Shown piece by piece: positions 48,231 to 57,362 of a stretch of 64,000 bases of DNA. Below the pieces are notes generated by a model. It did not search any database. It had not been told where the DNA came from and saw nothing but the letters and a program-made list of their open reading frames with translations. The DNA comes from Steroidobacteraceae bacterium. GTDB lineage: Bacteria > Pseudomonadota > Gammaproteobacteria > Steroidobacterales > Steroidobacteraceae. The stretch's first letter is position 1; each line of letters starts with the position of its first letter. The position numbers and the translations under genes are program-made. The stretch is from the NCBI GenBank assembly GCA_019634895.1, contig JAHCAM010000008.1, positions 4,785 to 68,784 of the forward strand, in the 5' to 3' direction.

Positions 48231-49741
48231 GCCAGTCCCAGCCGGCGCACCTTGCCGGTCGCAGTGTAGGGAAGCGTGGCGGCGAACTCGACCAGCTTCG
48301 GCACCTTGTACATGGCGAGATGCTGGCGGCAGTGCGCCTTCACCGCGCGCACGTCGAGATGCGCGCCGTTCTTCAGCACGATCACGGCCTTGATGGCCTG
48401 GCCCAGCAGCTCGTCCGGCACCGCCGTGACGCCGACCTCCTGCACGCCGGAAATGGCCGCGATGACCTCCTCGACTTCCTGCGGGCTCACGCGGAAGGCG
48501 CCGACCTTGATCATCTCGACCGCGCGGCCGTCGATGTAGAAGAAGCCGTCGTCGTCGCAATGGCCGAGGTCGCCGGTGTGCAGCCAGCCGTCGCGCAGCG
48601 CCTCGCGGGTCGCCGGCACGTCGTTCAGGTAGCCCTGCATGACGTTCGGGCCGCGCGCGATGATCTCGCCGACCTCGTTCGGGTTCGCGGGCGTGCCGTC
48701 GGCGCGCTGCACCATCAGTTCGACCCCGGGAATCGCGATGCCGACCGAGCCCAGCTTGTCCTCGAGCCGTTCCGGCGGCAGGTAGGACAGGCGCGCCGCG
48801 GCCTCGGTCTGGCCGTACATGACGAACAGCCGCGCGCCCGGAAGCTGCGCGCGCAGGCGCTGGATGTTGGCCTTCGGCATCGGCCCGCCGGCCTGGGTCA
48901 GGTAACGGAGCTTGCGCAGGTCGAAGGCCGGCAGCTCGCAGCGCGACAGCAGCAGCGCAAAGGTCGAGGGCACGCCGGAGAAGCCGGTGACGCCCTCGTC
49001 CGCCATGCGCTGCAGCACCGCGTGCGGATAGGCGATCGAATCCTCCAGCAGCAGCTCGGCGCCGATCGACAGGTGCATGTGCAGCACCGAGTTGCCATAC
49101 GAGAACTGGAACGGCAGCACCGCGATGCCGCGATCCTCGGGTGTCAGGCCGAGGTACTCGACGATCGCGGCGGTGTTCGCGGCCAGGTTGCGGTGCGACA
49201 GCATCACGCCCTTGGGCCGGCCGGTGGTGCCGGAAGTGTAGATGATGGTCGCGAGCGCGTCCGGCGCCGGGCCGGCGCCGCCCGCCGCCGCCGGGCCGCC
49301 CATCTGCTTCAGGTAGCGCGCGTGCGTGCCGGCATCGTCCTCCGACGGGACCTCGATCGCCTCGGCGCCGGCGGCGGACGCCAGCTCCGCGATCGCGCTC
49401 CATTCCGGGTGCGCCGGATCGCCGAGCAGCAGCCGCGCCTGGGAATGCTCCATCTGCCGCGCCAGCACCTGCGCGTGCTCGTGCGGGTTCAGCGGCACGG
49501 TGACGCAGCCCGCGGCGAGCGCGCCGTAGTAGGCGGCCACGTAATGCGGCGAGTTGCGGAACAGCAGCGCCACGCGCTCGCCCTGGGCCACGTCATGCGT
49601 CTGCAGGAAGGCGGCGGTCGCCGCGGCCGCGCCCGAGAGCTGCGCGTAGCTCCAGCGCGCGGCCTTCCACGACAGCGCCGGCGCGTCGGGCCGGCGCTGC
49701 GCGGCGGCGTCCAGGAGGCTGGTGAGCGTGGGTTCGGTCAT
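48227..49741 (-). CDS. Acyl-CoA/acyl-carrier ligase (AMP-forming), exosortase A-associated type
   Basis: 504 aa. IIYTSGTTGRPKGVMLSHRN, MYGQTEA, GEIIARGPNVMQGY, LHTGDLG, YKVPKLVEF, TATGKV. Confidence 0.85.
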   Translation of the reverse strand: MTEPTLTSLLDAAAQRRPDAPALSWKAARWSYAQLSGAAAATAAFLQTHDVAQGERVALLFRNSPHYVAAYYGALAAGCVTVPLNPHEHAQVLARQMEHSQARLLLGDPAHPEWSAIAELASAAGAEAIEVPSEDDAGTHARYLKQMGGPAAAGGAGPAPDALATIIYTSGTTGRPKGVMLSHRNLAANTAAIVEYLGLTPEDRGIAVLPFQFSYGNSVLHMHLSIGAELLLEDSIAYPHAVLQRMADEGVTGFSGVPSTFALLLSRCELPAFDLRKLRYLTQAGGPMPKANIQRLRAQLPGARLFVMYGQTEAAARLSYLPPERLEDKLGSVGIAIPGVELMVQRADGTPANPNEVGEIIARGPNVMQGYLNDVPATREALRDGWLHTGDLGHCDDDGFFYIDGRAVEMIKVGAFRVSPQEVEEVIAAISGVQEVGVTAVPDELLGQAIKAVIVLKNGAHLDVRAVKAHCRQHLAMYKVPKLVEFAATLPYTATGKVRRLGLA

Positions 49742-49759
49742 GCGTCGTGCCGGCGCGGC

Positions 49760-50017
49760 TCAGGCGGCCTTGCGCTTGGAAGTGACGAAGGCGGCGATGC
49801 GGTTCACCGAATCGAGGTTCTCGGGAATCATCTCGCTGTCGGCGACCTTGACGCCGAGCTGCTCCTCGATGAACAGGATGATCTCGAGCATGCCGGTGGA
49901 GTCCACGATGCCGCGGCCGAGCAGCGAGTCGTCGAGGCCGAGCTGCGACGCGTCATCCGTGAACAGGTAGTTCTCGAGGATGAAGCGGCGGACCTGGTCG
50001 TGCAGTGAATCGCTCAT
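49760..50017 (-). CDS. Acyl carrier protein (second copy)
   Basis: 85 aa. Phosphopantetheine site GIVDSTGMLEIILFIEE. Overall architecture parallels the carrier at 11545-11790. Confidence 0.8.
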   Translation of the reverse strand: MSDSLHDQVRRFILENYLFTDDASQLGLDDSLLGRGIVDSTGMLEIILFIEEQLGVKVADSEMIPENLDSVNRIAAFVTSKRKAA

Positions 50018-50032
50018 CGTGTGCGGCTCCCG

Positions 50033-51973
50033 TCAGTGCGTGCGGTCGATGAATTCGGCATGCCACAGCTGGGTGGACAGGATGCCGACGAATGCCATGT
50101 TGTCCCGCACGGCGGGGGCCCTGCTGCGACGCAGTTTCGCGACCAGCCGGGCCACCTTGTCCGGGTCGAAATAACCATAGCTTTTCAGGGCGTTAGGGGT
50201 CGTCAACTCGTTCACATAATCGGGGGTCCGCGGGCCCAGGAATGCGGCCGCGTCGGGGGCCCGGTAGGGTTGCTTGTGGCGCTCCAGGATCGAGGCAGGG
50301 AGGGCTTCCTGCATCGCCAGGCGCAGCAGGTATTTTTCCTTCAGGACCCGCATCTTGAGCGACGGGTGCAGGGCGTTGGCGAAGGCCACCAGGCGGTGGT
50401 CGAGATATGGAAAACGGCCCTCGACGGAACTGGCCATGAGCATGCGGTCGCCCTGCGAGGTCAGCAGGTACCCGGGCAGCAGCGTGGCGGCTTCGAGGTA
50501 CTCGGCGCGGTTGAACGGGTGCCAGCGGGGGAAGTCCGGCGGCAGGTTGGCTGCGAGGCGTTCGGTAGCGCCGGTCCCGGCACGGGCGGCGAAGTCGCGG
50601 CTCCAGAACAGCTTGCACTGCGCGGTCGTCATCCAGCGCGGCTGGTGCGAGAAGAAGGGATCGTCCGGCGTCGCGAGTCCCTGGCCGAAGAATTCCTTGA
50701 GGTAGGCGTCGCCCTGCGCGCTGGTGAAGTCGAGGTAGGGATACAGGCGCTTGAGCAGCAGCGGCCGCCACGGCGAGCCCGGATTTCGGGCCCAGAACTG
50801 GCGCACCTTCGCTTCCTTGAAGATGTCGTAGCCGCCCAGCACCTCGTCGGCGCCCTCGCCGGTCAGCACCACCTTGAGCCCCGCCTGGCGCACCGACTGC
50901 GACAGCAGGCGCATGGGCGCGGGCGCGGTGCGCAGCACCGGGCTCTCGGTGTGGCGGATGGCCGTCGGGAAGCTGTCGGCGATGTCCGCGGCCGTGCACT
51001 GGAAGTGGTGGTGCCGGGTCTGCAGGCGCTCGACCACGGCGCGCTGGTGCGCGCTCTCGTCGAGGTCGGGGTCGTCGAAGCCGATCGAGAAGGTGTGCAG
51101 CGAGCTGGCGATGCTGCGGTTCAGCAGCGCGACCAGGGAGGATGAATCCAGGCCGCCCGAGAGGTAGGCGCCCACCGGGACGTCCGCGCGCAGGCGGATC
51201 TGCGTGGCGTCGCCCAGGATGCCGGTGAGTTCGTGCGCGAGCTCGGGCAGCGGCGCGCGCCGGTGCTGGCCGGCATCAGGGAACTCCCAGTTCCAGTACT
51301 TGCGGCGCGTGACCTTCGCGCCCTCGATCACCAGCATCTCGCCGGGGCGGATCATCTCCACGCCCTTGAACACGGTTCGCGGCGCGATCGGCGACCAGAA
51401 GGTCCAGAGTTCGTCAAGTCCTTCGGGATCGGCCTCGGCCTGCACGAGGCCGCTCGCGAACAGCGCCTTGACCTCGGAGCCGAACACGATGGCCGGACCC
51501 GAAACCTCCGAATCTACGACCCGGCACCAGTAGAGAGGCAGGATGCCGGTTCGGTCGCGGCAGAGGAGGAGGCGGCGGCGGGGGCGGTCCCAGAGGGCGA
51601 AGGCGTACTGGCCGTTGAGGCGGTCCACGAAACCGTCGCCCTCCTCCTCGTACAGGTGCACGAGACATTCGGTGTCGGTATCGGTTGCGAAGCGGTGGCC
51701 CTTCGCGAGCAGTTCCTTGCGCAGTTCCGGGTAATTGAAGACTTCGCCGTTGTAGACGATCGCGATCGTGCGCTCCTCGTTCCAGATCGGCTGCGCGCCG
51801 CCGGCGAGGTCTATGATCGAGAGCCGCGCATGCGCGAGGCCGATGCCGGGCTCCGCCAGGAAGCCCTCCCCGTCCGGCCCGCGGTGGCCGATGGCCGCGA
51901 TCATGCGGCGCAGCAGCGCCCCGTCGGGAGGCCGCGCGGCGTCGTCGAAGTGGATGCCGGCCAGTCCGCACAT
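50033..51973 (-). CDS. Asparagine synthase-family amidotransferase, XrtA/PEP-CTERM-associated type (copy 2)
   Basis: 646 aa. MCGLAG, HRGPDGEG, YNGEVFNY, PP-loop YLSGGLDSS. Confidence 0.88.
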   Translation of the reverse strand: MCGLAGIHFDDAARPPDGALLRRMIAAIGHRGPDGEGFLAEPGIGLAHARLSIIDLAGGAQPIWNEERTIAIVYNGEVFNYPELRKELLAKGHRFATDTDTECLVHLYEEEGDGFVDRLNGQYAFALWDRPRRRLLLCRDRTGILPLYWCRVVDSEVSGPAIVFGSEVKALFASGLVQAEADPEGLDELWTFWSPIAPRTVFKGVEMIRPGEMLVIEGAKVTRRKYWNWEFPDAGQHRRAPLPELAHELTGILGDATQIRLRADVPVGAYLSGGLDSSSLVALLNRSIASSLHTFSIGFDDPDLDESAHQRAVVERLQTRHHHFQCTAADIADSFPTAIRHTESPVLRTAPAPMRLLSQSVRQAGLKVVLTGEGADEVLGGYDIFKEAKVRQFWARNPGSPWRPLLLKRLYPYLDFTSAQGDAYLKEFFGQGLATPDDPFFSHQPRWMTTAQCKLFWSRDFAARAGTGATERLAANLPPDFPRWHPFNRAEYLEAATLLPGYLLTSQGDRMLMASSVEGRFPYLDHRLVAFANALHPSLKMRVLKEKYLLRLAMQEALPASILERHKQPYRAPDAAAFLGPRTPDYVNELTTPNALKSYGYFDPDKVARLVAKLRRSRAPAVRDNMAFVGILSTQLWHAEFIDRTH

Positions 51974-51988
51974 CGCGAGGTCCGGCGC

Positions 51989-52894
51989 TCAGCCGGCCGA
52001 TCCGGCGGCGGCGGGCCTCAGGTAAGCCGAAACCGGGCGGCTCGGGAGCTGCGGCGCCTGCAGCGCGTCCCAGACCGTGCCCATCGGGAACTCGTCGAGC
52101 AGCGCGGCGAGCTTGCGCTCGCAGCTGTCGATGTTGGTGTAGTGTCGCAGCCGCGATTTCAGTCCGACCTTCATGCGCGGCTGGTCGGGGTCGATCTCCC
52201 AGGGATGCAGGTAGAACAGGAACGGCAGTCCCTCGCCGTTGACGCGGCGGATCGCCCAGCGCGTGACCGCGAGCGGCAGCAGGCGGAAGTAGCCGCCGCC
52301 GGCGACCGGCAGGTTGAGCGGGCCGAGGCGCACGGTGGAGGGAGGGAACTCGAGCAGCATTCCGCCGCCCTGCAGCGTCAGCCGGTGCGGCACCCGCGGC
52401 GCTTCCGGAATCCCGTACAGGTCGTGATGGGTCGGGAAGATGCTGGAGTCGTAGTCGAAGCCGAGCTCGCCCAGGATGTCGAGCGCCCACAGCGACTGCC
52501 GCGTGATCGACCAGGTGGCCGCGCGGTAACCGCGGACGCGGGCCTGCGCCTGCTGCTCGAGGATTCCCTTCGAGCGGCGGGTCTCCTCGCGGAAGGCCTC
52601 GGGTGTCTGCCGGTAGATCAGCTCGTGGCTGTAGCCGTGGCAGGCGATTTCATGCCCGGCCGCGGCGATCCTGCGCACGATCGCCGGGTGGCGCTCGGCG
52701 ATCCAGCCGAGTACGAAGAAGGTCGCGCGCACTTTCCGCTCGGCCAGCAGGTCGAGCAGCCGGGCGGTGTTCGCGCCCACGCGCGAGGGCTGCGCGTCCC
52801 AGGAACCGCGGTCCACGGCGGAAGCCAGCGCCGCGACCTGGAAGTAGTCCTCGACGTCGAACGAGAGCGCATTGCGACGGATGCCGGCTGTCAA
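51989..52894 (-). CDS. Polysaccharide deacetylase, PEP-CTERM locus subfamily
   Basis: 301 aa. NALSFDVEDYFQV, RATFFVLGWIAERHP, GHEIACHGYSH, HPWEIDPDQP. Confidence 0.85.
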   Translation of the reverse strand: MTAGIRRNALSFDVEDYFQVAALASAVDRGSWDAQPSRVGANTARLLDLLAERKVRATFFVLGWIAERHPAIVRRIAAAGHEIACHGYSHELIYRQTPEAFREETRRSKGILEQQAQARVRGYRAATWSITRQSLWALDILGELGFDYDSSIFPTHHDLYGIPEAPRVPHRLTLQGGGMLLEFPPSTVRLGPLNLPVAGGGYFRLLPLAVTRWAIRRVNGEGLPFLFYLHPWEIDPDQPRMKVGLKSRLRHYTNIDSCERKLAALLDEFPMGTVWDALQAPQLPSRPVSAYLRPAAAGSAG

Positions 52895-54193
52895 TCAGCC
52901 TCCCGTATTGCTCGAGCGGCGCCAGGCGAAGCGCAGGAACGCGCGCGTTTCGTCGAAATCGGACGCCGCGTTCGTGCTGTCGCGATTGAAATGCTGGGCC
53001 TCGAGCTCGATCCACAGCCGACCGGCGGCGTTCCAGCTCAGCGACAGGCCGTACTGCGTCTCGTCGTCCTCCTGGGAAGCCGAGCTGAAGTCCGAGCTGA
53101 AGAGCGAGGCCTCCGCCCGCAGCGTCAGGCGCGGCGTGAGCCGCCGGCTCGCCGACGCGCGATACATCTGGCGCTCGCGATCGAGCAGGCCCAGGGTCTC
53201 GTACACGTCCTCCTCCCAGCCGGCCGACAGCATGAAATCCGTGCGCTGGGCCTGGAAGTGCCAGCTCAGCGTCACCTGGCGCGTCTCGAATGGATCGGAG
53301 GTCGAGATCAGGCCGGGGCTCAGGCCGGGCAACGGGGCGCCCGCGCGCAGCGCGGTCGAGGCGTCCGATGAGCGCACGCCCGCCAGCAGGGTGAGCGTCG
53401 AGCGTTCCGACAGCTCGCGCTCGAGATCGATTTCGAACAACGGGCTGCTGGTCGAGTTGACCGCGAACGGCAGCGGCGTGTCGAACTCGACCTCCGTGTA
53501 CCCGGCCTCGGCGCCGAGCCGGGTGCGCGCGCCTTCGATTTCGTAGCGCAGGAAGGCGGAGCGGCGCTCGAAGTCGCGGCCGAACGCCGGATCGTCGAAC
53601 TCCACCGTCTCGCTGGTGACGTTGAGCGAGACATTGCTTCGCTGCGACAGGCTGCGGCCGAGCGAAAGCCCCGCGAGCAGGCGCTCGTCGTCGAAGTTCG
53701 ATTCCTCGAACTGCGAGGCCGACCAGCGGCCGAACAGGACCAGGTTCGCGGCCGACCCGAGCCGGATCGTGAGGTCCGGCCCGGTCGTAAAGTAGTTGAC
53801 GTTCTCGCGATTGTCCGGGGTCACCGCCGCGAACGGGTCGATCTGGCTCTGGCCGAAGCTGTCCGCCAGCATCCATTCGAAGCGACCCGGCACGAACAGG
53901 AAGCGCAGGTCCGCGTTCGCGATCCCGGTGACCTCGCCGTCGTAGGTATTGTCCTGATAATCGAAGTACGTGAGATCCACGCTCACGTCGGCATGCAGCC
54001 GGCCCTCCTCGCGCAGGAAAGCGAGGTCCAGACCGGCGGTCAGTATCGTCTCGCTTTCCTCCGCAGCCGGCACGCGGCGGATGTTGTCGGAATGGCCGAC
54101 GCCGGCCTCGACGCCGAAGTCGAACTCCGCGGCGCCCGCGGGCCCCGCGACGGCGGCCAGCGCGATTGCGGCCGCGGTGATCGTGCGTTTCAT
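52895..54193 (-). CDS. Outer-membrane beta-barrel protein, PEP-CTERM/EPS-locus associated
   Basis: 432 aa. Signal peptide MKRTITAAAIALAAVAGPAGAAE, alternating-hydrophobic beta-strand pattern throughout, and an aromatic-rich C-terminal strand (RAFLRFAWRR). Confidence 0.7.
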   Translation of the reverse strand: MKRTITAAAIALAAVAGPAGAAEFDFGVEAGVGHSDNIRRVPAAEESETILTAGLDLAFLREEGRLHADVSVDLTYFDYQDNTYDGEVTGIANADLRFLFVPGRFEWMLADSFGQSQIDPFAAVTPDNRENVNYFTTGPDLTIRLGSAANLVLFGRWSASQFEESNFDDERLLAGLSLGRSLSQRSNVSLNVTSETVEFDDPAFGRDFERRSAFLRYEIEGARTRLGAEAGYTEVEFDTPLPFAVNSTSSPLFEIDLERELSERSTLTLLAGVRSSDASTALRAGAPLPGLSPGLISTSDPFETRQVTLSWHFQAQRTDFMLSAGWEEDVYETLGLLDRERQMYRASASRRLTPRLTLRAEASLFSSDFSSASQEDDETQYGLSLSWNAAGRLWIELEAQHFNRDSTNAASDFDETRAFLRFAWRRSSNTGG

Positions 54194-54215
54194 CGTGGTC
54201 TCCCTCGAAGTCCGC

Positions 54216-55124
54216 TCAGGCCTGGCGGCCGCCGTAGCGCGCGTACTCGCCGTAGCTGCCGTCGCGGTAGTAATAGCCCGCCTCGGTCACCGCCTCGCTC
54301 TGGTTCAGCAGCAGCGAGACCGGCTTGCCCTCTCCCAGGCAGGCAATGGCGTCGTGCACCGCGCGCTGCGGCGTCTTGCCGGCCTGCACCACAAGCACCA
54401 CCTGCCCCATCGGTTGCGCCAGCACGCGCGACTCGGAGGTCAGCAGCAGCGGCGGCGAGTCGAAGATGGCGACGCGCGCGCGGTCCTGGCTCGCGGCCAG
54501 GCGCGCGATCACCGCCTGCATGCGCCGGCTGGCGAGCAGCTCGGTCGCCGTGTCGATCGGCTGGCCGGCCGGCAGCACCGAGAACTTGGGGATGTCGGTC
54601 GGCAGCACCAGCGACTCGACGTCGATGCGCTCGTCCTGAAGCGCTTCCAGCAGGCCGGGTTCCCCGGCGATGCCGAACAGCCGGCTGATGTGCGGCTTCG
54701 CCACGTCAGCGTCCACCAGCAGCACGCTGATGTCCCGCTCCAGCGACATGGACAGCGCCAGGTTCACGCTGACGAAGGTCTTGCCCTCGCCCGGCAGCGA
54801 GCTCGCCAGCATGATCATGCGCCCGTTCGGCAGCGGCTCGACGCCGCGGCCGAGCGCGGCGGCCAGCAGCGGCCGCTTGACGTGGCGGAACTGGTCGGCG
54901 ATCTGCCGCTGCTTGTGGTCCGGCGGCAGGAAGCCGGCCTGCACCAGCGCGTTGCGGTCGAGCTGCACGATCCGGCGCGGCGTCGCCGGGGCGCCGTCGA
55001 TCGCCGCCGCGGCCGGCGCGGAGACCTCGCGGATCACGCCCAGCGGCGCATCGCGGCGCGGCTCGCCGGCCACCGCCCGCCGCGTTTCCTGGAGCTTCTT
55101 GAGCGCCTGTTCGACCAGACTCAT
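54216..55124 (-). CDS. EPS-locus tyrosine autokinase (BY-kinase, EpsG-like)
   Basis: 302 aa. Walker A SSLPGEGKTFVSVNLA, Walker A' LLVDAD, Walker B FDSPP. Tyr-rich tail EAGYYYRDGSYGEYARYGG. Confidence 0.85.
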   Translation of the reverse strand: MSLVEQALKKLQETRRAVAGEPRRDAPLGVIREVSAPAAAAIDGAPATPRRIVQLDRNALVQAGFLPPDHKQRQIADQFRHVKRPLLAAALGRGVEPLPNGRMIMLASSLPGEGKTFVSVNLALSMSLERDISVLLVDADVAKPHISRLFGIAGEPGLLEALQDERIDVESLVLPTDIPKFSVLPAGQPIDTATELLASRRMQAVIARLAASQDRARVAIFDSPPLLLTSESRVLAQPMGQVVLVVQAGKTPQRAVHDAIACLGEGKPVSLLLNQSEAVTEAGYYYRDGSYGEYARYGGRQA

Positions 55125-55133
55125 GCGTCCGCC

Positions 55134-56735
55134 TCAGCCCAGCAGCTTCTGGATCAGGCGCGCGCCGGGCACGTGCGCGGCGGCCGCGAGCACCGTCGCC
55201 GCCAGCAGCAGGGCGCCGGCGCCGGCGAAGCGCAGGTAATCCATGCGCAGCACCGCCCGGTGCCGCTCGACCCAGGCCAGGCTGACGACGCCGATCACCG
55301 GCAGGCCGGTCAGTTCCGCCAGCGTGCGCCCGTGATTGAACACCGGCCGGGTCTTGGACAGCAGCCACGCGATGCCCGCGCCGATGCCGAGCGCCATGAA
55401 CAGCACCGCGAGCATGAGCACCGGGCGCGTCGGGAACACCGGACTGAACGGCGCGGCCGGGGGATCCACGATCTGGAACTCCACGATGCCGGTGCGCTGC
55501 GCGTCCTCGGACACCCGCGCCTGCTCGAGCCGCTGCAGCAGGTTGTTGTACTGGGTCTGGGTCACGTCGTAGTCGCGCGTCAGGCGCGTGAACTCGGCCT
55601 CGACTTCCGGCGCGGTGTCGAGCGCGCGGCGCAGCGCGGCGACGTTGTTGCGGTAGTCGCCGAGTTCGCCGCGCAGGGCGGCGATCTGCACGTCGGTGTC
55701 GTGCAGCTGGAGCTGGATGTTCTGGTACACGGGATTGGCCGACGCGCCGGCGACCGCCGCCGCGCCCGGATCGCCGCGCCGCACCGCCTCCAGCTCCTGC
55801 TGTTGCCTGGCCTTGAGATCCTCGAGCGTCTGCTTGGCGGCGATCACGTCCGGGTGCCGGTCGGTATAGCGCAGCAGCAGGTCGTCGAGGCGCGCTTGGG
55901 TCTCCTGGATGCGGCTCGCCGTATCGGCCGGCGGCTGCCCGCCGGCGCCCTGCATGGCGGCCTGCGCGGAGGGCACGAACGGGGACTCGCCGCGCAGCTG
56001 GCGCTCCAGCTCCGTCTTGCGGCTGAGTGCGACCCGCAGCTGCTGCTCGACGCGCTGCACGTTGGCCGCTTCCTGGTCGAGGCGCTGGAAGAAGCCGCCG
56101 GACTCCCCCGGCACCATGCCGATGTTGCGGCGCTTGAACTCGGCGAGCGCGTTCTCCGCCGCGGTCAGGCGCTCGCGGTACTGCTTGAGCTGGTCCTCGA
56201 GGAAGGCCTGCGCGTTCTCCGCGCCGCCCCGCTTGGTACCGAAGGTGTCTTCGACGAACGCATTGAGCAGCACGTCCACGACCTTGATGGCCTTGCCGCG
56301 ATCCCGGTCGCGGTAGGCGATGCGGTAGAACGTGTTGGGAATGCGCGGGTCACGAGTCACGGGCGGCTCGAGTTCGATCTCGATGCGACCGGCCATGTCG
56401 GCGATGAGCTTCTGCCGCTCTTCCGGCGTTGCGGCGCGCAGCAGCAGGTCCGCTTCGCGCGCGACCCGCTCCAGATGCGGCCCGCCGAGCAGCGCCTGCC
56501 GGACCATCACGATCTGCGATTCGACGTCCTGGTCCGCGGCAACGCCGGTCAGCAGCGGCCGCAGCGGCGTGCGGGTGTCCACGTACACGCGGGCCTTCGC
56601 CTCGTAAAGGTCCGGCATCGAGAACACCACGAACCAGCCGATGACGCTCACGCCCCAGGCGCAGGCGATCGCGACCCAGCGGTAGCGCCAGGCGCCGCGC
56701 AGTTCGTCCAGGACCATGTCGAGGATGTTCTGCAC
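55134..56735 (-). CDS. Polysaccharide chain-length determinant (PCP/Wzz family, PEP-CTERM locus subfamily)
   Basis: 533 aa. N-terminal TM after LRGAWRYRW, a long coiled-coil periplasmic region, PPAAPFSPVFP, and a C-terminal TM. Confidence 0.85.
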   Translation of the reverse strand: MQNILDMVLDELRGAWRYRWVAIACAWGVSVIGWFVVFSMPDLYEAKARVYVDTRTPLRPLLTGVAADQDVESQIVMVRQALLGGPHLERVAREADLLLRAATPEERQKLIADMAGRIEIELEPPVTRDPRIPNTFYRIAYRDRDRGKAIKVVDVLLNAFVEDTFGTKRGGAENAQAFLEDQLKQYRERLTAAENALAEFKRRNIGMVPGESGGFFQRLDQEAANVQRVEQQLRVALSRKTELERQLRGESPFVPSAQAAMQGAGGQPPADTASRIQETQARLDDLLLRYTDRHPDVIAAKQTLEDLKARQQQELEAVRRGDPGAAAVAGASANPVYQNIQLQLHDTDVQIAALRGELGDYRNNVAALRRALDTAPEVEAEFTRLTRDYDVTQTQYNNLLQRLEQARVSEDAQRTGIVEFQIVDPPAAPFSPVFPTRPVLMLAVLFMALGIGAGIAWLLSKTRPVFNHGRTLAELTGLPVIGVVSLAWVERHRAVLRMDYLRFAGAGALLLAATVLAAAAHVPGARLIQKLLG

Positions 56736-56736
56736 C

Positions 56737-57354
56737 TCAGAACCTCGATTCCGGCACCACGATCACGTCGCCGGGGCGCAGGGCGAGATTCTGCGACAGG
56801 TCGCCCTTGTTCAGCAGGTCGGACAGCCGGACCTTCATCTCGCGCGGCTTGCCGCCGTCCGCGCGCACGACCTTGGAGCGGTTGCCGGCCGCGTACGGTC
56901 CGAGTCCGCCGACCGCGAGCACGGCGTCCATGACCGTCATTCCTTCGCGATACGGCAGCGCCTGCGGATTCGTGACCTGGCCGATCACCTTGACCTGGCT
57001 GAAGGTGCTGACGGCCGTGCTGACGATGATGTTGACCTGCGGCTGGCGGATGTACTCGGCGAGCACCGTTTCGATGTCGCGCGCCAGCTGCGACGGCGTC
57101 TTGCCGACCGCGACCATGTCCTCGACCAGCGGCGTCGAGATCTTGCCGTCCGGCCGCACCGGCACGCTGGTCGTCAGTTCGGGATTGCGCCAGACGAAGA
57201 CCTGCAGCGTGTCGCCGGGACCGATGACGTAGGAATTGGCGTCGAGGCTGGCTGCCGCCGGCGGCGCCGCATCCTGCGCCGCGGCCGCGCCGAAAGCTGC
57301 GATGCCCGCAAGCGCCAGCAGCAGCTTCGCGACCAGTCCGTTCATGCCCTTCAT
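56737..57354 (-). CDS. Periplasmic polysaccharide export protein (short Wza/EpsE-like)
   Basis: 205 aa from ATG 57354 within the composite 937-aa ORF. Signal peptide, then YVIGPGDTLQVFVWRNPELT (PES motif) and LRPGDVIVVPE. Confidence 0.8.
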   Translation of the reverse strand: MKGMNGLVAKLLLALAGIAAFGAAAAQDAAPPAAASLDANSYVIGPGDTLQVFVWRNPELTTSVPVRPDGKISTPLVEDMVAVGKTPSQLARDIETVLAEYIRQPQVNIIVSTAVSTFSQVKVIGQVTNPQALPYREGMTVMDAVLAVGGLGPYAAGNRSKVVRADGGKPREMKVRLSDLLNKGDLSQNLALRPGDVIVVPESRF

Positions 57355-57362
57355 TCCCTCGC

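Noticed and set aside
56679-56686. GCGGTAGC words resembling the ops/JUMPStart element (also near 47922).
   Set aside because: They are on the plus strand inside minus-strand coding regions, lack the full GGCGGTAG core, and are not in a 5' leader.
53970-56933. Very long alternative-frame or antisense ORFs. Examples: 53970-56933 (+, 987 aa), 57495-60995 (+, 1166 aa), 9656-11815 (+, 719 aa), 11856-13604, 48320-50008, 51233-53371, 46377-48269, 61806-63641 and 22109-23167.
   Set aside because: Their translations are Arg/Ala/Pro/Gly-rich low-complexity strings with no motifs. They lie opposite or out of frame to ORFs with clear family signatures. Long spurious ORFs are expected at this GC content because stop codons are rare.
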